Source: Mobula hypostoma (taxonomy: Eukaryota). Taken from it: 64,000 nucleotides of DNA. The stretch is from contig NC_086115.1 of the NCBI RefSeq assembly GCF_963921235.1, positions 12,896,001 through 12,960,000 of the forward strand. Reading direction: 5' to 3'. The notes beneath the pieces were generated by a model. The model was not told the origin of the DNA, did not search any database, and worked only from the letters and a program-made list of their open reading frames with translations. Made by a program: the position numbers and the translations under genes. Shown piece after piece: positions 1-12,289 of this stretch. Numbering within the stretch: the first letter of the stretch is position 1; each line of letters starts with the position of its first letter.

Positions 1-1102
1 GGCACCTGGAATGAATCATAACCCTTATCTGGCTTTAACATACTTCACTATTCTGTCAATAAAAAGAATAAGTATTTGCAACAATTAACTGCATATAATG
101 TAAAGATGAGTAAATAATAGTCAACTCAAGAGGTGTGGCAACTAAATTTAAATACATACACAAAATTATATACTCAAACATGAATTAAGTCAGTAGAATT
201 TTAAAATTTAAAATAAAAGCTAGTGTCAGGCAAGCCCAATACTATTACTGCCATATTTTAAATTAGAAACTTCTTAAAAAAAAATCTCCAGCCATGTTCT
301 TAGTGCCCACCTTTTATTTATCTGATGATCAATAACAACAAATGGAAAAAAAAGGATCCCTTTTCAATATGGCCACAGTTCCACAATACTTGCAACTTGG
401 GTCTAAAAATTGACAATTTACATTTTCCCTTAAAAATATACATTAATGTGAGCTGCTTCTAAAAAAAATGAGTAACACCAGTTTTTGCAAAGTGAACATC
501 CCTCCAACATAAAAACCAAAAAATAGATAAATATTGTCTCATATCATTTATGCAAAGAAAAATCAGAGACTTGTCTACGGCTTACATTATCTCTAGTTAT
601 TGCCATCTCAGGATCTAGCTGGGAATTTAATATTTTCCTTTGAATTCCATTTCACATTTTCACCTTTGCCAAGGCAAGCCAAAACTAATTACTATTCTCA
701 GAACAAAAAAAATTTAAACACAAAAGTGAAAAATCTGTTTTAATTATTTTATACAAATTCCATTGATAGAAGGTCCTCCAAACTTCCAGGAAGATTTTTG
801 CAAAATGAACTTCACTGTAAAGTCCATTTGTTGTTTGTTTCATTAACAAAATAATGTATTTTATTAGTCATGCTTATGCCTCATCCAATTTTTGAAGACA
901 TTCATTACTCAGTTTTCTACTTAGTGGGTAATGGGCATAGACAGTGTCCATTAATTTACAGAATATTTAGTTTGAGTCCGAAAACTTGTCTTGCTCTCCC
1001 ATCTCTAAAATGCAAACCTGCGGAATACAAGAAACAAAAAAACCTGCACTTTCCTTCTGATTTTGTTTTGGGAGACTTCATTAAAACAAATTAAATGTTT
1101 AC

Positions 1103-1168
1103 CTTCAAACAGGCTGATATCTTTTAGAAGTCAAGGTCCAAACAGCCAATCCAAAAAGCTTTCAAACC
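1103..1168 (-). CDS. LCOR: LCOR-like exon 2 (66 nt, phase 1-1) containing an in-frame TGA at 1133-1131
   Basis: Minus strand reads ttttcctataAG|GG TTT GAA AGC TTT TTG GAT TGG CTG TTT GGA CCT TGA CTT CTA AAA GAT ATC AGC CTG TTT GAA G|GTAAAC = (G)FESFLDWLFGP*LLKDISLFE. This matches the recalled LCOR/LCORL segment GFESILEGL(F/Y)GPxLxxDLSLF and is phase-compatible with exon 1. Confidence 0.75.
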
Positions 1169-2194
1169 CTTATAGGAAAACAATTATGACAACATGAGTG
1201 CAAACAATCATTCTGGCAACAACCTATAGGAGCTGAAATAGTAAGAGTTAATTTTAGAATTTTAAAATCTAACAAGTTGTCGCACAGCATCATCAAAATG
1301 CAATAAACAGCATTACTCAGTATATTTACAAACAATGAACGTTAGCAATTTAAACATCTCGTCAATATTTATAAGAAACAGAATTTAGCTGGAAACTAAC
1401 TTCATAATACAAGCATTGTTGACCCTTTGCTGTACATTAAAATACATGGTTGGCAGACAGAATCAATAATGATTCATTAAATATAACAAGAGCTTCACTG
1501 TATATTGTGCTTTACTTAACCTGCAGTGCTTGATGTAATTATTCATGTTCCAGTGCATGCAGACAAACAATTGTTTCTTTCATTGTTATAACAATCAGGC
1601 AGCTGAAAGTGCCCAATCCTTTACACACCACCTATACAATATCAGATTTAATATATGTCTACATGTCAAATTAGATCATTTACTATACTTTTGAGGAAAG
1701 ATTTACATACTTTAAAATTAAACTGCATGACACCTGCTTTGACCAAATCATATGAACATCAGAAATAGCAGCAGGGATTGGCAATTGACCATCTAAGGCT
1801 ATTCAGCCATTAAATAAGATCATAACTAAACTTAAAGCTCATCGAATTCCCAATCATCATATCCCAGTAGCATCCAAAAATCTACCAATTTCAACTTTGA
1901 AAACTTTGTGTAGTAGTACAAGACGCTTGGCTCATCTCAACAAGTCTTCAGTATTTCTGCGCTCCAAACTTATTGTGACGAAGGCCAATTAAACAATTTG
2001 CCTTCCTAGTTGCTTGCTGTATCTGCACATTTACTTTGTTTGTCTTTTGTATGAATACAATTCTGCACAATTCACTATTTTCACACCAATAAATTAATTA
2101 CTCAGCTTTTCTACACTATCACATTAATTTGTATGAGCAGAGGTCAGCATCAGTATATTAGACCAAAGGGCTGTTCCTGTTCTGTACAAATATG

Positions 2195-3694
2195 GCAGAC
2201 ATCCCACCCTGCAAAAACTCATTTGAAGGAGGTAGTACCAACACCCCTGTCCCCCGCAACCCCATATTCCAACCCCCCCCCGTCGACCTCCAAGGGTGCA
2301 TGTCTACAGGACATTTGATTATGAAAGAACACAACAATTTATTTGATCACATATTGAAACTATTTACATATATATATTCCTTGTTGAGTATTTTTGTTGG
2401 CAGTCTCAATGCTAATAGCTAAATGCAAATACAAATAGCTTTTCTATTTCTTTTGCAAACTTTCCTTGCACTGTGATGTGGCTTGCTTGGCAGATTTGAG
2501 CATTTTGCCGGAAGTCTCAACCTCATAGCAGTCTGTATCAATGAATTTATTAATCTTGCAAGACATCAGATTCACAAGTGTTTTGTGAGACAGCTGACTT
2601 TTGAATTCTGTCTTAATGTGACGCACCGTGCAGAATGCCCTTTCTACATCACAATTAGAATTTGACAGCACCAAAAGCAGCTTCATCAACTGGTAGAGCT
2701 CTTTGAATTTCAACTGCCCTGTGCTCACAGATTTTACTTTGGACAGCTTCCCCCAGAACTCATCAATTGGCAAACTTTTGTAGTTTGGCACCAGTCCTTC
2801 AAGGTTAGTTGAGACATAATCCAGGACTTCCAAGTGGAGCTGTTCTCTTGCATCTGCCTTGATCACATTTGGAAATCTCAGCTCTAGTGACCTTCTCTGT
2901 CAGACTTTGGTTTTCTGCTGAAAAGAACTATGAAATACTTGAGCAGCCTTCCCTACGCTTAGCCTCCCTAATATGTTGTGATCCCCAAAAGAAATAAAAG
3001 CATAAGGTGTATCCTTATTATATTGTTTTATGCAGAAAATGTGACATTAAAATATGTACTTATATTATCATGGAGTCTTTTTTTATTCTATTACAACTTT
3101 AAGCAAGTCTACAGGGAGTTTGGCCTCATCACGTAGGACATCAATAGAGTCGCTCCTTAGCAGCTAGCCAGCTAGTTTAAATAACGTTAGCTATGCTAAT
3201 GAATGAATGACACCTGTTAAACTCACCTCAACATGTCTTTTACAGTCATTTAACCCACCATGGGCAATAGAAAAGTCACTGCGGCAAACAGCGCAGCAAG
3301 CAACCCTGTCATTTTTTTTACCCCTATTAGGCAGGGGTACACTTGATTGTAGTCTGGGATGAAGTATATTTTATATTTTCTTTTTTTGGAATACCCTGCC
3401 ATGGTGCTGCAGGACACTAAACTGAACTGATGGACAATGAAAGGGACAGAGAGGTCGACTGTAAAGCCCACCCACAGAGAAAACTGATTGGTCTCTCTTT
3501 GTGCTAAGACGACCTATCAGGATGCTCTCTCTGTCACTCTCTCACTATGTCCGTCACTCGCTCTCTCTGTCTGTCTCTCTCAAAAAAATCTATTTCCGGG
3601 ATATTGTATATAATTTGCAGGCGTCAGGGAGCCGCTATCAATATGCAAGGGTGAGGGGGACTCCCGGAACTTCCGGGAGAGGTGGGATGTCTGC
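2195..3694 (-). mobile_element. Internally deleted hAT-superfamily DNA transposon
   Basis: 14-bp TIR GCAGACATCCCACC (2195-2208 and 3681-3694). ORF 2444-2866(-) has a hAT dimerisation-like C-terminus (FW...LLVLSNSNCDVERAF...K). A BED-like finger (CAVC...HGG...H) lies at about 3230-3310. Confidence 0.8.
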
Positions 3695-3965
3695 TATGGA
3701 ATTGTACTCCACCTGTCATTTTCATGCTCTGACCATGCTCTGATCAAACTGACCTTCCTAGCTAGCTTTGAATTATCAGGAAACAGCTATTTTATACCCA
3801 TTCTTTTCAGCTGTCATGTATGTAAATTCTGCTTTAGGCTAAAACTGATCCTATTAACAGAGCAACCTGAAAATGTCCTGCTAACTTCTACTTACTTGCT
3901 TTCTGTCCTAGTACCAATCTACCACCAATGATAAAAGGTTACCTTTAACAAGACCTCCTATTTTA

Positions 3966-4001
3966 AGTCCTGACGAAGGGTCTCGGCCTGAAACGTCGAC
4001 T
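3966..4001 (+). ncRNA. Minimal type I hammerhead ribozyme motif (Penelope-like terminal repeat)
   Basis: AGTC CTGACGA A GGGTCTCGGCCT GAA ACGT C GACT: stem I AGTC/GACT, cores CUGANGA and GAAA, palindromic ACGT for stem III, predicted cleavage after C3997. Confidence 0.75.
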
Positions 4002-4100
4002 GCGTCTCTTCCTATAGATGCTGCTTGGCCTGCTGCGTTCACCAGCAACTTTGATGTATGTTGCTTGAATTTCCAGCATCTGCAGAATTCCTGTTGTTTG
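3969..4100 (+). mobile_element. Solo 132-bp Penelope-derived unit with 14-bp TSD
   Basis: Flanked by CTCCTATTTTAAGT at 3955-3968 and 4101-4114; the insert matches the 3' end of the PLEs at 22317 and 44787. Confidence 0.85.
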
Positions 4101-4339
4101 CTCCTATTTTAAGTAATCTTTTCTGTGACACCTTAGCAAATAAATTATGAAAAATACATATTTTCTATCTCCTGCCTATTTTTTGTTACTCCACTGTTCC
4201 CCCCCAGAAGAAAATAGTACAACCAGCTGTTAAATTACTAATATAATTCACCACATACTGTGCAAATAAAATTGATTAAAGTCTTGTGTATTACCATGGA
4301 TGCCAGGGTTGCTTAAACAACTACTGTGAAACTAACACA

Positions 4340-6590
4340 CATTTCAACCTCGCTGACAATCAACACATATGCACTTCAAAGTTACGTGCTTAGCTCTCTA
4401 CTCTACTCTACTCATGACTGTGTGGCTAGGCACAGCTCAAACACCATAAATTCACCAATAACAACTGTTGTTGGCACAATCTCAGATGGAGACAAGGTGG
4501 TGTACAAAAGTGAGATAAACAAGTGGTGTCACAACAACATCCTTGTATTGACTGTGGATTTCAGAAAGGGGAAGTTGGGGGAATACACGCCAGTCCTCTG
4601 AGGGCTCAGAGGTGGAAAAGGTGAGCAGTTTCAATTCCTGGGTGTCAGCATCTCAGAATATTTGTCCTGGGCCCAACTCATTAATGCAATCACAAAAAAA
4701 GCATGTTCATTTTAGCATGTCAGGAAAAACTCTAGTAAATTACAGATGCACTAGGGAGAGCATTCTGACTGGTTATATCACTGCCTGATATGAAAGCTCC
4801 AATGCACAAAGTCAAAACGGGGTTGTAGACTCTTGCCAGCATCATCACAGGCACGAGCCTCCCCTCCATCAAGGATATCTTCAAAGATAGTTCCTCAAGG
4901 TGGCATCCATCATTAAGGTTCATCCATTTATCTCATTACTACCATCAAGGAGGTGGAACAGGAGCCTGAAGCCTACATTCAGTGTTTTTGGAACAGCTTC
5001 TTTCCCTCGGTCAACAAACTTCTGAACAGTCCACAAGCCAGTGAACACTATTTCATCATTCCTCTTCTGCACTATTTTATGTTTTATTGTACAAGCCCCA
5101 TTTCCAGAAAAGTTGGGATATTTTCCAAAATGCAATAAAAACAAAAATCTGTGATATGTTAATTCATGTGAACCTTGATTTAACTGACAAAAGTACAAAG
5201 AAAAGATTTTCAATAGTTTTACTGACCAACTTAATTGTATTTTATAAATATACACAAATTTAGAATTTGATGGCTGCAACACACTCAACAAAAGTTGGGA
5301 CAGACTTAAAATAAGATTGAAAAGTGCACAGAATATTCAAGTAACACCGGTTTGGAAGACTCCACATTAAGCAGGCTAATTGGTAGTAGGTGAGGTATCA
5401 TGACTGGGTATAAAAGTAGCGTCTATCAAAGGCTCAGTCTTTGCAAGCAAGGATGGGTCGTGGCTCACCCCTTTGTGCCAAAATTCATGAGAGAATTGTT
5501 AGTCAGTTCAAAAGGAACATTTCTCAATGCAAGATTGCAGAGAATTTAGGTCTTTCAACATCTACAGTACATAATATTGCGAAAAGATTCAGAGAATTCA
5601 GAGACATCTCAGTGCGTAAAGGGCAAGGTCGGAAACCACTGTTGAATGCGTGTGATCTTCGAGCCCTCAGGCAGCACTGCCTAAGAAACCTTCATGCTAC
5701 TGTGACAATTATAGCCACCTGGGCTCGGGAGTGCTTCGGAAAACCATTGTCACTCAACACAGTCCGTCGCTGCATCCAGAAATGCAACTTGAAACTGTAT
5801 TACGCAAGGAGAAAGCCATACATCAACTATGCAGAAACGCCGGCGAGTTCTCTGGGCCTGAGCTCATCTCAGATGGACCGAAAGACTGTGGAACCGTGTG
5901 CTGTGGTCAGATGAGTCCACATTTCAGCTAGTTTTCGGAAAAAATGGACGTTGAGTTCACCGTACCAAAGATGAAAATGACCATCCAGATTGTTATCAGC
6001 GAAAGGTGCAAAAGCCAGCATCCGTGATGGTATGGGGGCGCATCAGTGCCCACAGCATGGGTGAGTTGCTTGCATGTGAAGGTACCACTGACTCTGAAAA
6101 TGAATGGCGCATCATGAAGAGGAGAATCAGACAACGGAGACCACGGACTGTTGAGCAGCTGAAGACTTATATCAAGCAAGAATGGACAAAATTTCCAATT
6201 GCAAATCTACTACAATTAGTATCCCCAGTTCCAAAACGATTAAAAAGTGTTATTAAAAGGAAAGGTGATGTAACACAATGGTAAACATGGCTCTGTCCCA
6301 ACTTTTGTTGAGTGTGTTGCAGCCATCAAATTCTAAATTTGTGTATGTTTACAAAATACAATTAAGTTGGTCAGTAAAACTATTGAAAATCTTTTCTTTG
6401 TACTTTTGTCAGTTAAATAAAGTTTCATGTGAATTAACATATCACAGATTCTTGTTTTTATTGCATTTTGGAAAATATCCCAACTTTTCTGGAAATGGGG
6501 TTTGTAATTTATAGTAATTTTTGCCTTGCACCGTAATGCTACTACTAAAAATATTTCACAACATGTCAGTGACAATAACCGGTTTCTAAT
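4340..6590 (+). mobile_element. Degenerate Rex1/Babar-like LINE 3' part, interrupted by a Tc1 element
   Basis: RT remnants (LYSTHDCVA, TTVVG, VDFRK) and a ...WNSFFPS C-terminal motif; the 3' UTR resumes after 6506. Confidence 0.6.
5092..6504 (+). mobile_element. Tc1/mariner element with long (~210 bp) IR/DR-type TIRs and a disrupted transposase
   Basis: TA flanks at 5090-5091 and 6505-6506; TIRs about 5092-5303 and 6293-6504 with internal AAAAGTTGGGA direct repeats. ORF 5441-5914 has a paired-like HTH and a GRKP hook; WxxVLWSDES-like and SVMVWG motifs lie in other frames; there is a frameshift and an internal deletion. Confidence 0.92.
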
Positions 6591-8743
6591 CCCTCTATTC
6601 ATCAACATTCTTTATACCATTTTATACACTTGTTATTCCTTTGACTTCCCAAAAATCATCAGGATTAAATCTCATTTTATCAACACTGCATGCAATTTTC
6701 TAATCTGATCTATATTATCTGACCTCAGCTATAAAATGCCAATTTAATATGCAAATTTCTTAGTACTCATCTAATTAAGTGTTGATAACATTAATACTTT
6801 TATTCCACATTATACAACTGACCATGATATCCTGATTATCTGGAAGTTTATCACTGAATAAATTACAGAAGTATTGAACGTTCAATATACATACACACAT
6901 GAACAGCTCACATCATCAACAATCTCTAGTAATTCCAAGTGCCAGATGTAAATAAGTGACATGTAATTTTTAGTCAATATACTTAAAAGCAGTCAATTCA
7001 CAATTCTAGTCACTCTCATTTCTTCTCCTTTCCTCACTAGCCCATCACCTCCCTCTAGTTCCTCTCCCTTTTTTTCCATGGTCCACTGTCCTCTATTAGA
7101 TTCCTCCTTCAGCCCTTTACTTCTTCCACCTATCCCTTCCCAGCTTCTTACATCATCCACCCCCCCACCCATCTTTCCCTTAATCTCACCTATTACCTGC
7201 CAGTTGACATATTTCCTGATGTGTGTATATGTATACATGCATATACACACACAACTCCAGCAAATCAGGAAACATTAATAAATAATACTGTAAAAGAAAA
7301 ATCTCTCATACCTGCAAAATACATGCAAAGAGAAAATTCACCAGGTTTTGCAAAACAAGTAGAGGCTAGGCAGCTTAGAAAATTGAGAATCCCAAAATAA
7401 GTTCCATAATATAAGCAAAACAACTGCAGAAAGGGATAAATTGCATGGAAAAATTTTGTCACATTGTCCATGAATGATGTAACAGCACAAGAAAATTTTC
7501 ATAGACAACACACAGGAAGCACAATTTGTTTCTCGTGCTCCCAAGCCTGTTACTTTCCATTTGCTAATTTTACCATATTGAAACTTTTGAGCTAAATAAC
7601 ACAGAAGTATAACATTTGGCCAAATTTGCACCATGAGCACTATCAACAAATACTGCTACTCCTAATAGACCATTGAACTATGTCGCAAATACAACAGCTT
7701 AAAAGGGGAAGTTGGGATCAAACTTTAGGGGTAAAACTTGTTGGGGAGTAGCAACATTTCCTTGGCAGCTGCTGCCATTGACCCTCAAACCCAGTAGGTT
7801 CCACACATCACAAAGCAAATTAACAGACAGAATCAGCCAATGCTCCGTGCTACTGGGCTCAGCATGGGCTCCAGAAGGACAGCTGTGCCGATTTCTCCAG
7901 TACAGTAGTTCCATTGGGGACTCTACGCATAGATCCCACTTCAGAATGCTCAAACACATTCATTTCAAGGGAGATTTTATTGCTGCTGCAAAGAAGGCAG
8001 AGAGGGACTTTTTGTTTCAGTTATTTAGTAGCCATCACATATTTACGTGGTTTGATAACCTAGATTTACAAGTTATTAACAAGTGTAGAACCATATCTGC
8101 ACATGCTCAATATCCTTCCATTCCCTGACTATCTGTGTGTCTGTCTAAATGCACCTTAAACTTGGCCATTGTATCAGCTTCTACCTGGTCACATATTTCA
8201 AGCATCAATCCTTCTGTGTAAAAAAACTCCCCCCCCCCACTTTAATCCTATGCCTTCTAGTATTTGATATTATACCTCAATTTTATATACTTCCTTTAGC
8301 CTTGATTTTCTAGGATAAACTAGCATAGCCAATGTAGTGTTTCTCCAAGGCAACATCCTAGTGAACCTCTTCTACACCCTCTCCAAAGGCATGGCCTCTT
8401 TCCTGTTGTGTCAGTACCAGAACTGCACAATATTCCATGAGGCCTAATCGAAGCTTTGAATTGTTGCAATATGATTTTAGATTCAATACCCCAACTGATG
8501 AAATTATACTATAGACTTTCCTTGCCACTTTGTCACTAGCGTTGCCACTTTCTGGAACCTATGGATTTCAACCCCAAGACTATTTTAAATCAACAGTCCA
8601 AAAGGCCAACCATTTACTGAACATTTTTCTCTGGTATTTGACATCCCACCTGCTAACAGATCACCTTATGCCTGCCCAGATGAAACTCCACCTGCCATTT
8701 CTCCTCCCAAATATACTGATGACAACTTTCTTCTATCCACATA

Positions 8744-10310
8744 CAGGTTTCCCCCGCCATCCGAAGGTACAGCATTCCTATGAAACGGTTCGTAAGCCGA
8801 AATGTCGTAAAGTGAAGAAGCAACTACCATTTATTTATATGGGAAAATTTTGTGAGCGTTCGCAGACCCAAAAATAACCTACCAAATCATGCCAAATAAC
8901 ACATAAAACCTAAAATAACAGTTACATATAGTAAAAGCAGGAATGATATGATAAATACACAGCCTATATAAAGTAGAAATACTTTTCCACAATCATTACT
9001 GAACTGTTCACCGTAGCGAAAATCTCATGCAAGCGCCGTCGGCAGAAAATCTCACGCAAGCGTTGTTGGCAAAAACACGGCACAAGCGCTCTCCAATAAC
9101 CTTTAAGCTATGAAGCTGCCAAATCACACCAAATAACACATTAAAATACACAGCCTATATAAAGTGAAATAATGTATGTACAGCGTAGTATCACTTATCA
9201 GAATCGGGACAGCGCCGAGCACACTGATGATGGTGTATTAGGCTGAGTCGTCGCAGGTTGGGTCGTGCAGTGGCCCCCACCCTCCAGGCCGCCGAGCGAT
9301 ACATTGCCGTGAAGCGTGCAGGAATGCAGCAGTAGCCGGGAGGTACACAGTACATCTTTAAGAAAAACGCCAAAATAAACAAGCTAATTAATTAGGTGCC
9401 ACCTAGCACATAAATGTCGCCCAGATCAGTGCCGATTTCCGATTGCATCGCCTCTGATCTGGGCCGACAATTACGTGTCGGCGGCACCTAATTAATTAGC
9501 ATGTTTATTTTGGCTTTTTTCTTAAAGACGTGCTGTGTGCCTCCCAGCTACTGCTGCATTCTCTGCGAATCGGTACAGTATCTGTCCGTGGCCTGGGGGT
9601 TGGGGTGGTGGGACACTGGGGTGCCATCTCGTCACCTGTTTCCATTAGAGCAGGAAGCTCATCTTCTCCTATGACTGCACACCTCGATGTCTAAGGTCGA
9701 GGTTTGTCCTCTGCTGTGGCTGATGTGGAAGGCTTGCTTGACTGCTGAGCCTCGCGCATTTTTCTATCACACAGTTCTTTAATAAGGACTCAAACCATCC
9801 TGCAAATATCTCCTAAACCGACGTACCCTTTCAAAATTAAGTGGTACTTTATCATTACTCATTTGGTTTCGATTGTTATCTTTTTTTCTTCCAATTGCAT
9901 CAGCTCTTCATCTGTCAGTTCTTGGTAATGGGATGCCAAAACCTCTTCAACATCATGTTCGTCAGCTTCCACAAGCCAAACTCACTTCGTCCTTACTTCA
10001 TTCACCACGATCAAAACGCTTAATTATGTCTAGTTTTACCATAAGTGTAACACCCTTATGAGCTCTTACAGCTTTTCCGATACCTTAGAACTCATCTTGC
10101 AAACGGCTGCTCACAGGCACGTGTTAAAGCAATGCCAGCGAGAATCCGAGGCAGAGCGGCTGCTCGGGGCACACGCTCTCATTTATCGTGCGCTGATTTT
10201 TTTTCGTAACAGTGAAAACACCTTCTGAAAGCGAAAACAGGGTACTAATGTAGGTCTTTCGTAACAGTGAGGTTTTGTAAAGCGAACGTTCAAAAAGCGG
10301 GGGATACCTG
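8744..10310 (-). mobile_element. Non-autonomous Tigger/pogo-like DNA transposon
   Basis: TA|CAGGTTTCCCCCGC ... GCGGGGGATACCTG|TA termini; acidic pogo-like C-terminal remnant (ELTDEELMQLEE) on the minus strand near 9890-9925. Confidence 0.8.
9274..9605. repeat. Long imperfect inverted repeat (fold-back) inside the Tigger-like element
   Basis: Core arms about 9322-9429 and 9453-9561 are reverse complements (e.g. ctttaagaaaaacgccaaaataaacaagctaattaattaggtgcc vs ggcacctaattaattagcatgtttattttggctttttcttaaag), with weaker pairing further out. Confidence 0.85.
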
Positions 10311-12289
10311 TATTCCAATTTTCACTTAAGCTACAAACATACTAATCAGATTACCTACATTCACATCCAAAACATTAACAGACCCCAGTACTGATAAATT
10401 ATGGTATAAAAGTGGACAGACCTCCAGTCAGAGAAAGACCCCTGTCCCACTACCTTATTATCTTCTATGACAAAGCCAGTTTGGATTCAATTTACCAACT
10501 CGTCATGGATCCTATGTGACTGAATCAGCTGGATCAGGCCATTAGGAGGGAACCTTGTCAAATACTTTTACTAAAGTCCGTGAAGACACTATCCACTTCC
10601 CGATCCTCAACCATCTTCTTCACTGCCTCAAAAAGAAATCCTCAATCAAATTTGAGAATCAGGGCCTCCTCCAGACAAGTCCAGGCTTTTCCAGATGGAA
10701 ATTAGTTCTATATGCAAGAATTTTCTCCAGTAACTTCTGTACCACTTAATGCAAAGCTCAAGCCTATACTTCCTGTGTGTACCTGTTACTCATCTTAAGG
10801 ACAACATTGGCTCATTTCCAATCCTCTGGTTTCTTACCAATAACAAAGGATACAAAGATCTGTTTCAAGGCCTCAAATCTTCTTCCTTGCTCCTTTTAGT
10901 AACCCTAAATCCCATAGAGCCTGGGAATCTATCCACTTTCTTTTTTTAAAATCATTTCCTCCTTAATATCTACGTCATATAGTCAAGAATATCAATACAC
11001 CCTTCCTTAATCTCACTATCAACGTCTTCTCCTTTGGGAGTACTAATGCAATGTGTTCATTAGAGGGGCCTCACCAATGAACAAATTTCCTTTCTTGATC
11101 TACTCTTTGTCCAGCTACCTTCTTGCTTCAAATTCACATGCAAAATGACTTAGGAAACCTATTTGCCATGGACATTTCATGGCCCCTTTCAGCACTACTA
11201 GTTTCTTGTTTAATTTCTTTCCCATCTCCTTTTTATTCTTCACATTGAAAAAATTAAATGTTTATAAAGGCTTTGAATAACAAAGGCATTAATAGTGCTT
11301 GAAGTAGTAAGTGACAATTGTCAGTTGTTTCCTCAGTGGTTTCTTGGCTTTTTCTCAATTACCCACATGATTAAATTAGGTTACACGAGGCCCTTCAACC
11401 ATACACAGCCAAATTCACAATGATGTATAAACAAAGGATGTTGGATAGTTAATTAACAGGGACATTAAATACATTTGATATTTAACAAATCTGTAAATCT
11501 GCAAAGTCTCTCAATTACCCAAGAATAAGAAAAACAGAATGCCTCACTTTTAATTCCTGAACTATATTGACAACTGAAACATAAAAAATGCTTTTGTACA
11601 GATAATGTATTAAACAGCCTCCTGAAGAAAAGTATCAATGTATAGATAAAATAGAAAGGTACAGTTTAACTATGATAATCTTCATGACTGAATACAGTAC
11701 TTAGGAACATTTATACAGTATGCTCATATTGAAAAACTTTTTTATTTGGCAATGGACAAAAAGTTTAGAAACTGTGACAATTTAAAATCATTCTAACAAC
11801 CCACATCTTCAGGAGAAAACGACTAAACGGGAAAGAAGAAAATAGGTGTTGCCTACATGAGTACAAAGCTTTAGACTTGAGATCTGATTGAAAGATAAAG
11901 CCTAGTCAAATTAACAATTGCGTTGAAAAGAACTGATTCTGCAAAGGTTGCAGAATTTGCACTGAAAATAACAATCATTCTGCAAAAGTTCAATAGGAAA
12001 CCACAGTACTCCTCACTTATGGTACATGGTCAACCCTCCTGTTCTAGTAATGAAATTAGTATGCACATCTGTGATTACAGATTTCTGATATTCCTGACAC
12101 TGAATGTAACCCCACTAATTACCTCCAGCACTGCAAAATAAATATTTGTTTTACTTATTGTTTAGCAAATAACTTTCAATCCATGTCAATATATTAGCCA
12201 CTAATATCACACCTCAAGCTAACCTTTTCAGGGACTTCATCAAAGGCTTTATGAACATCCAAGTATAAACACATCCATTGGTTTTCTTT

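Larger units (their letters stand above)
8080..11240 (-). mobile_element. Old CR1-like LINE remnant split by a Tigger-like insertion
   Basis: Degenerate CR1 ORF2 and 3' UTR-like sequence on both sides of 8744-10310; boundaries approximate. Confidence 0.5.

Noticed and set aside
1131-1133. Selenocysteine recoding of the LCOR exon 2 TGA
   Set aside because: The homologous residue is not Cys as recalled, neighbouring residues are also degenerate, and no SECIS can be assessed because the 3' UTR is outside the window.
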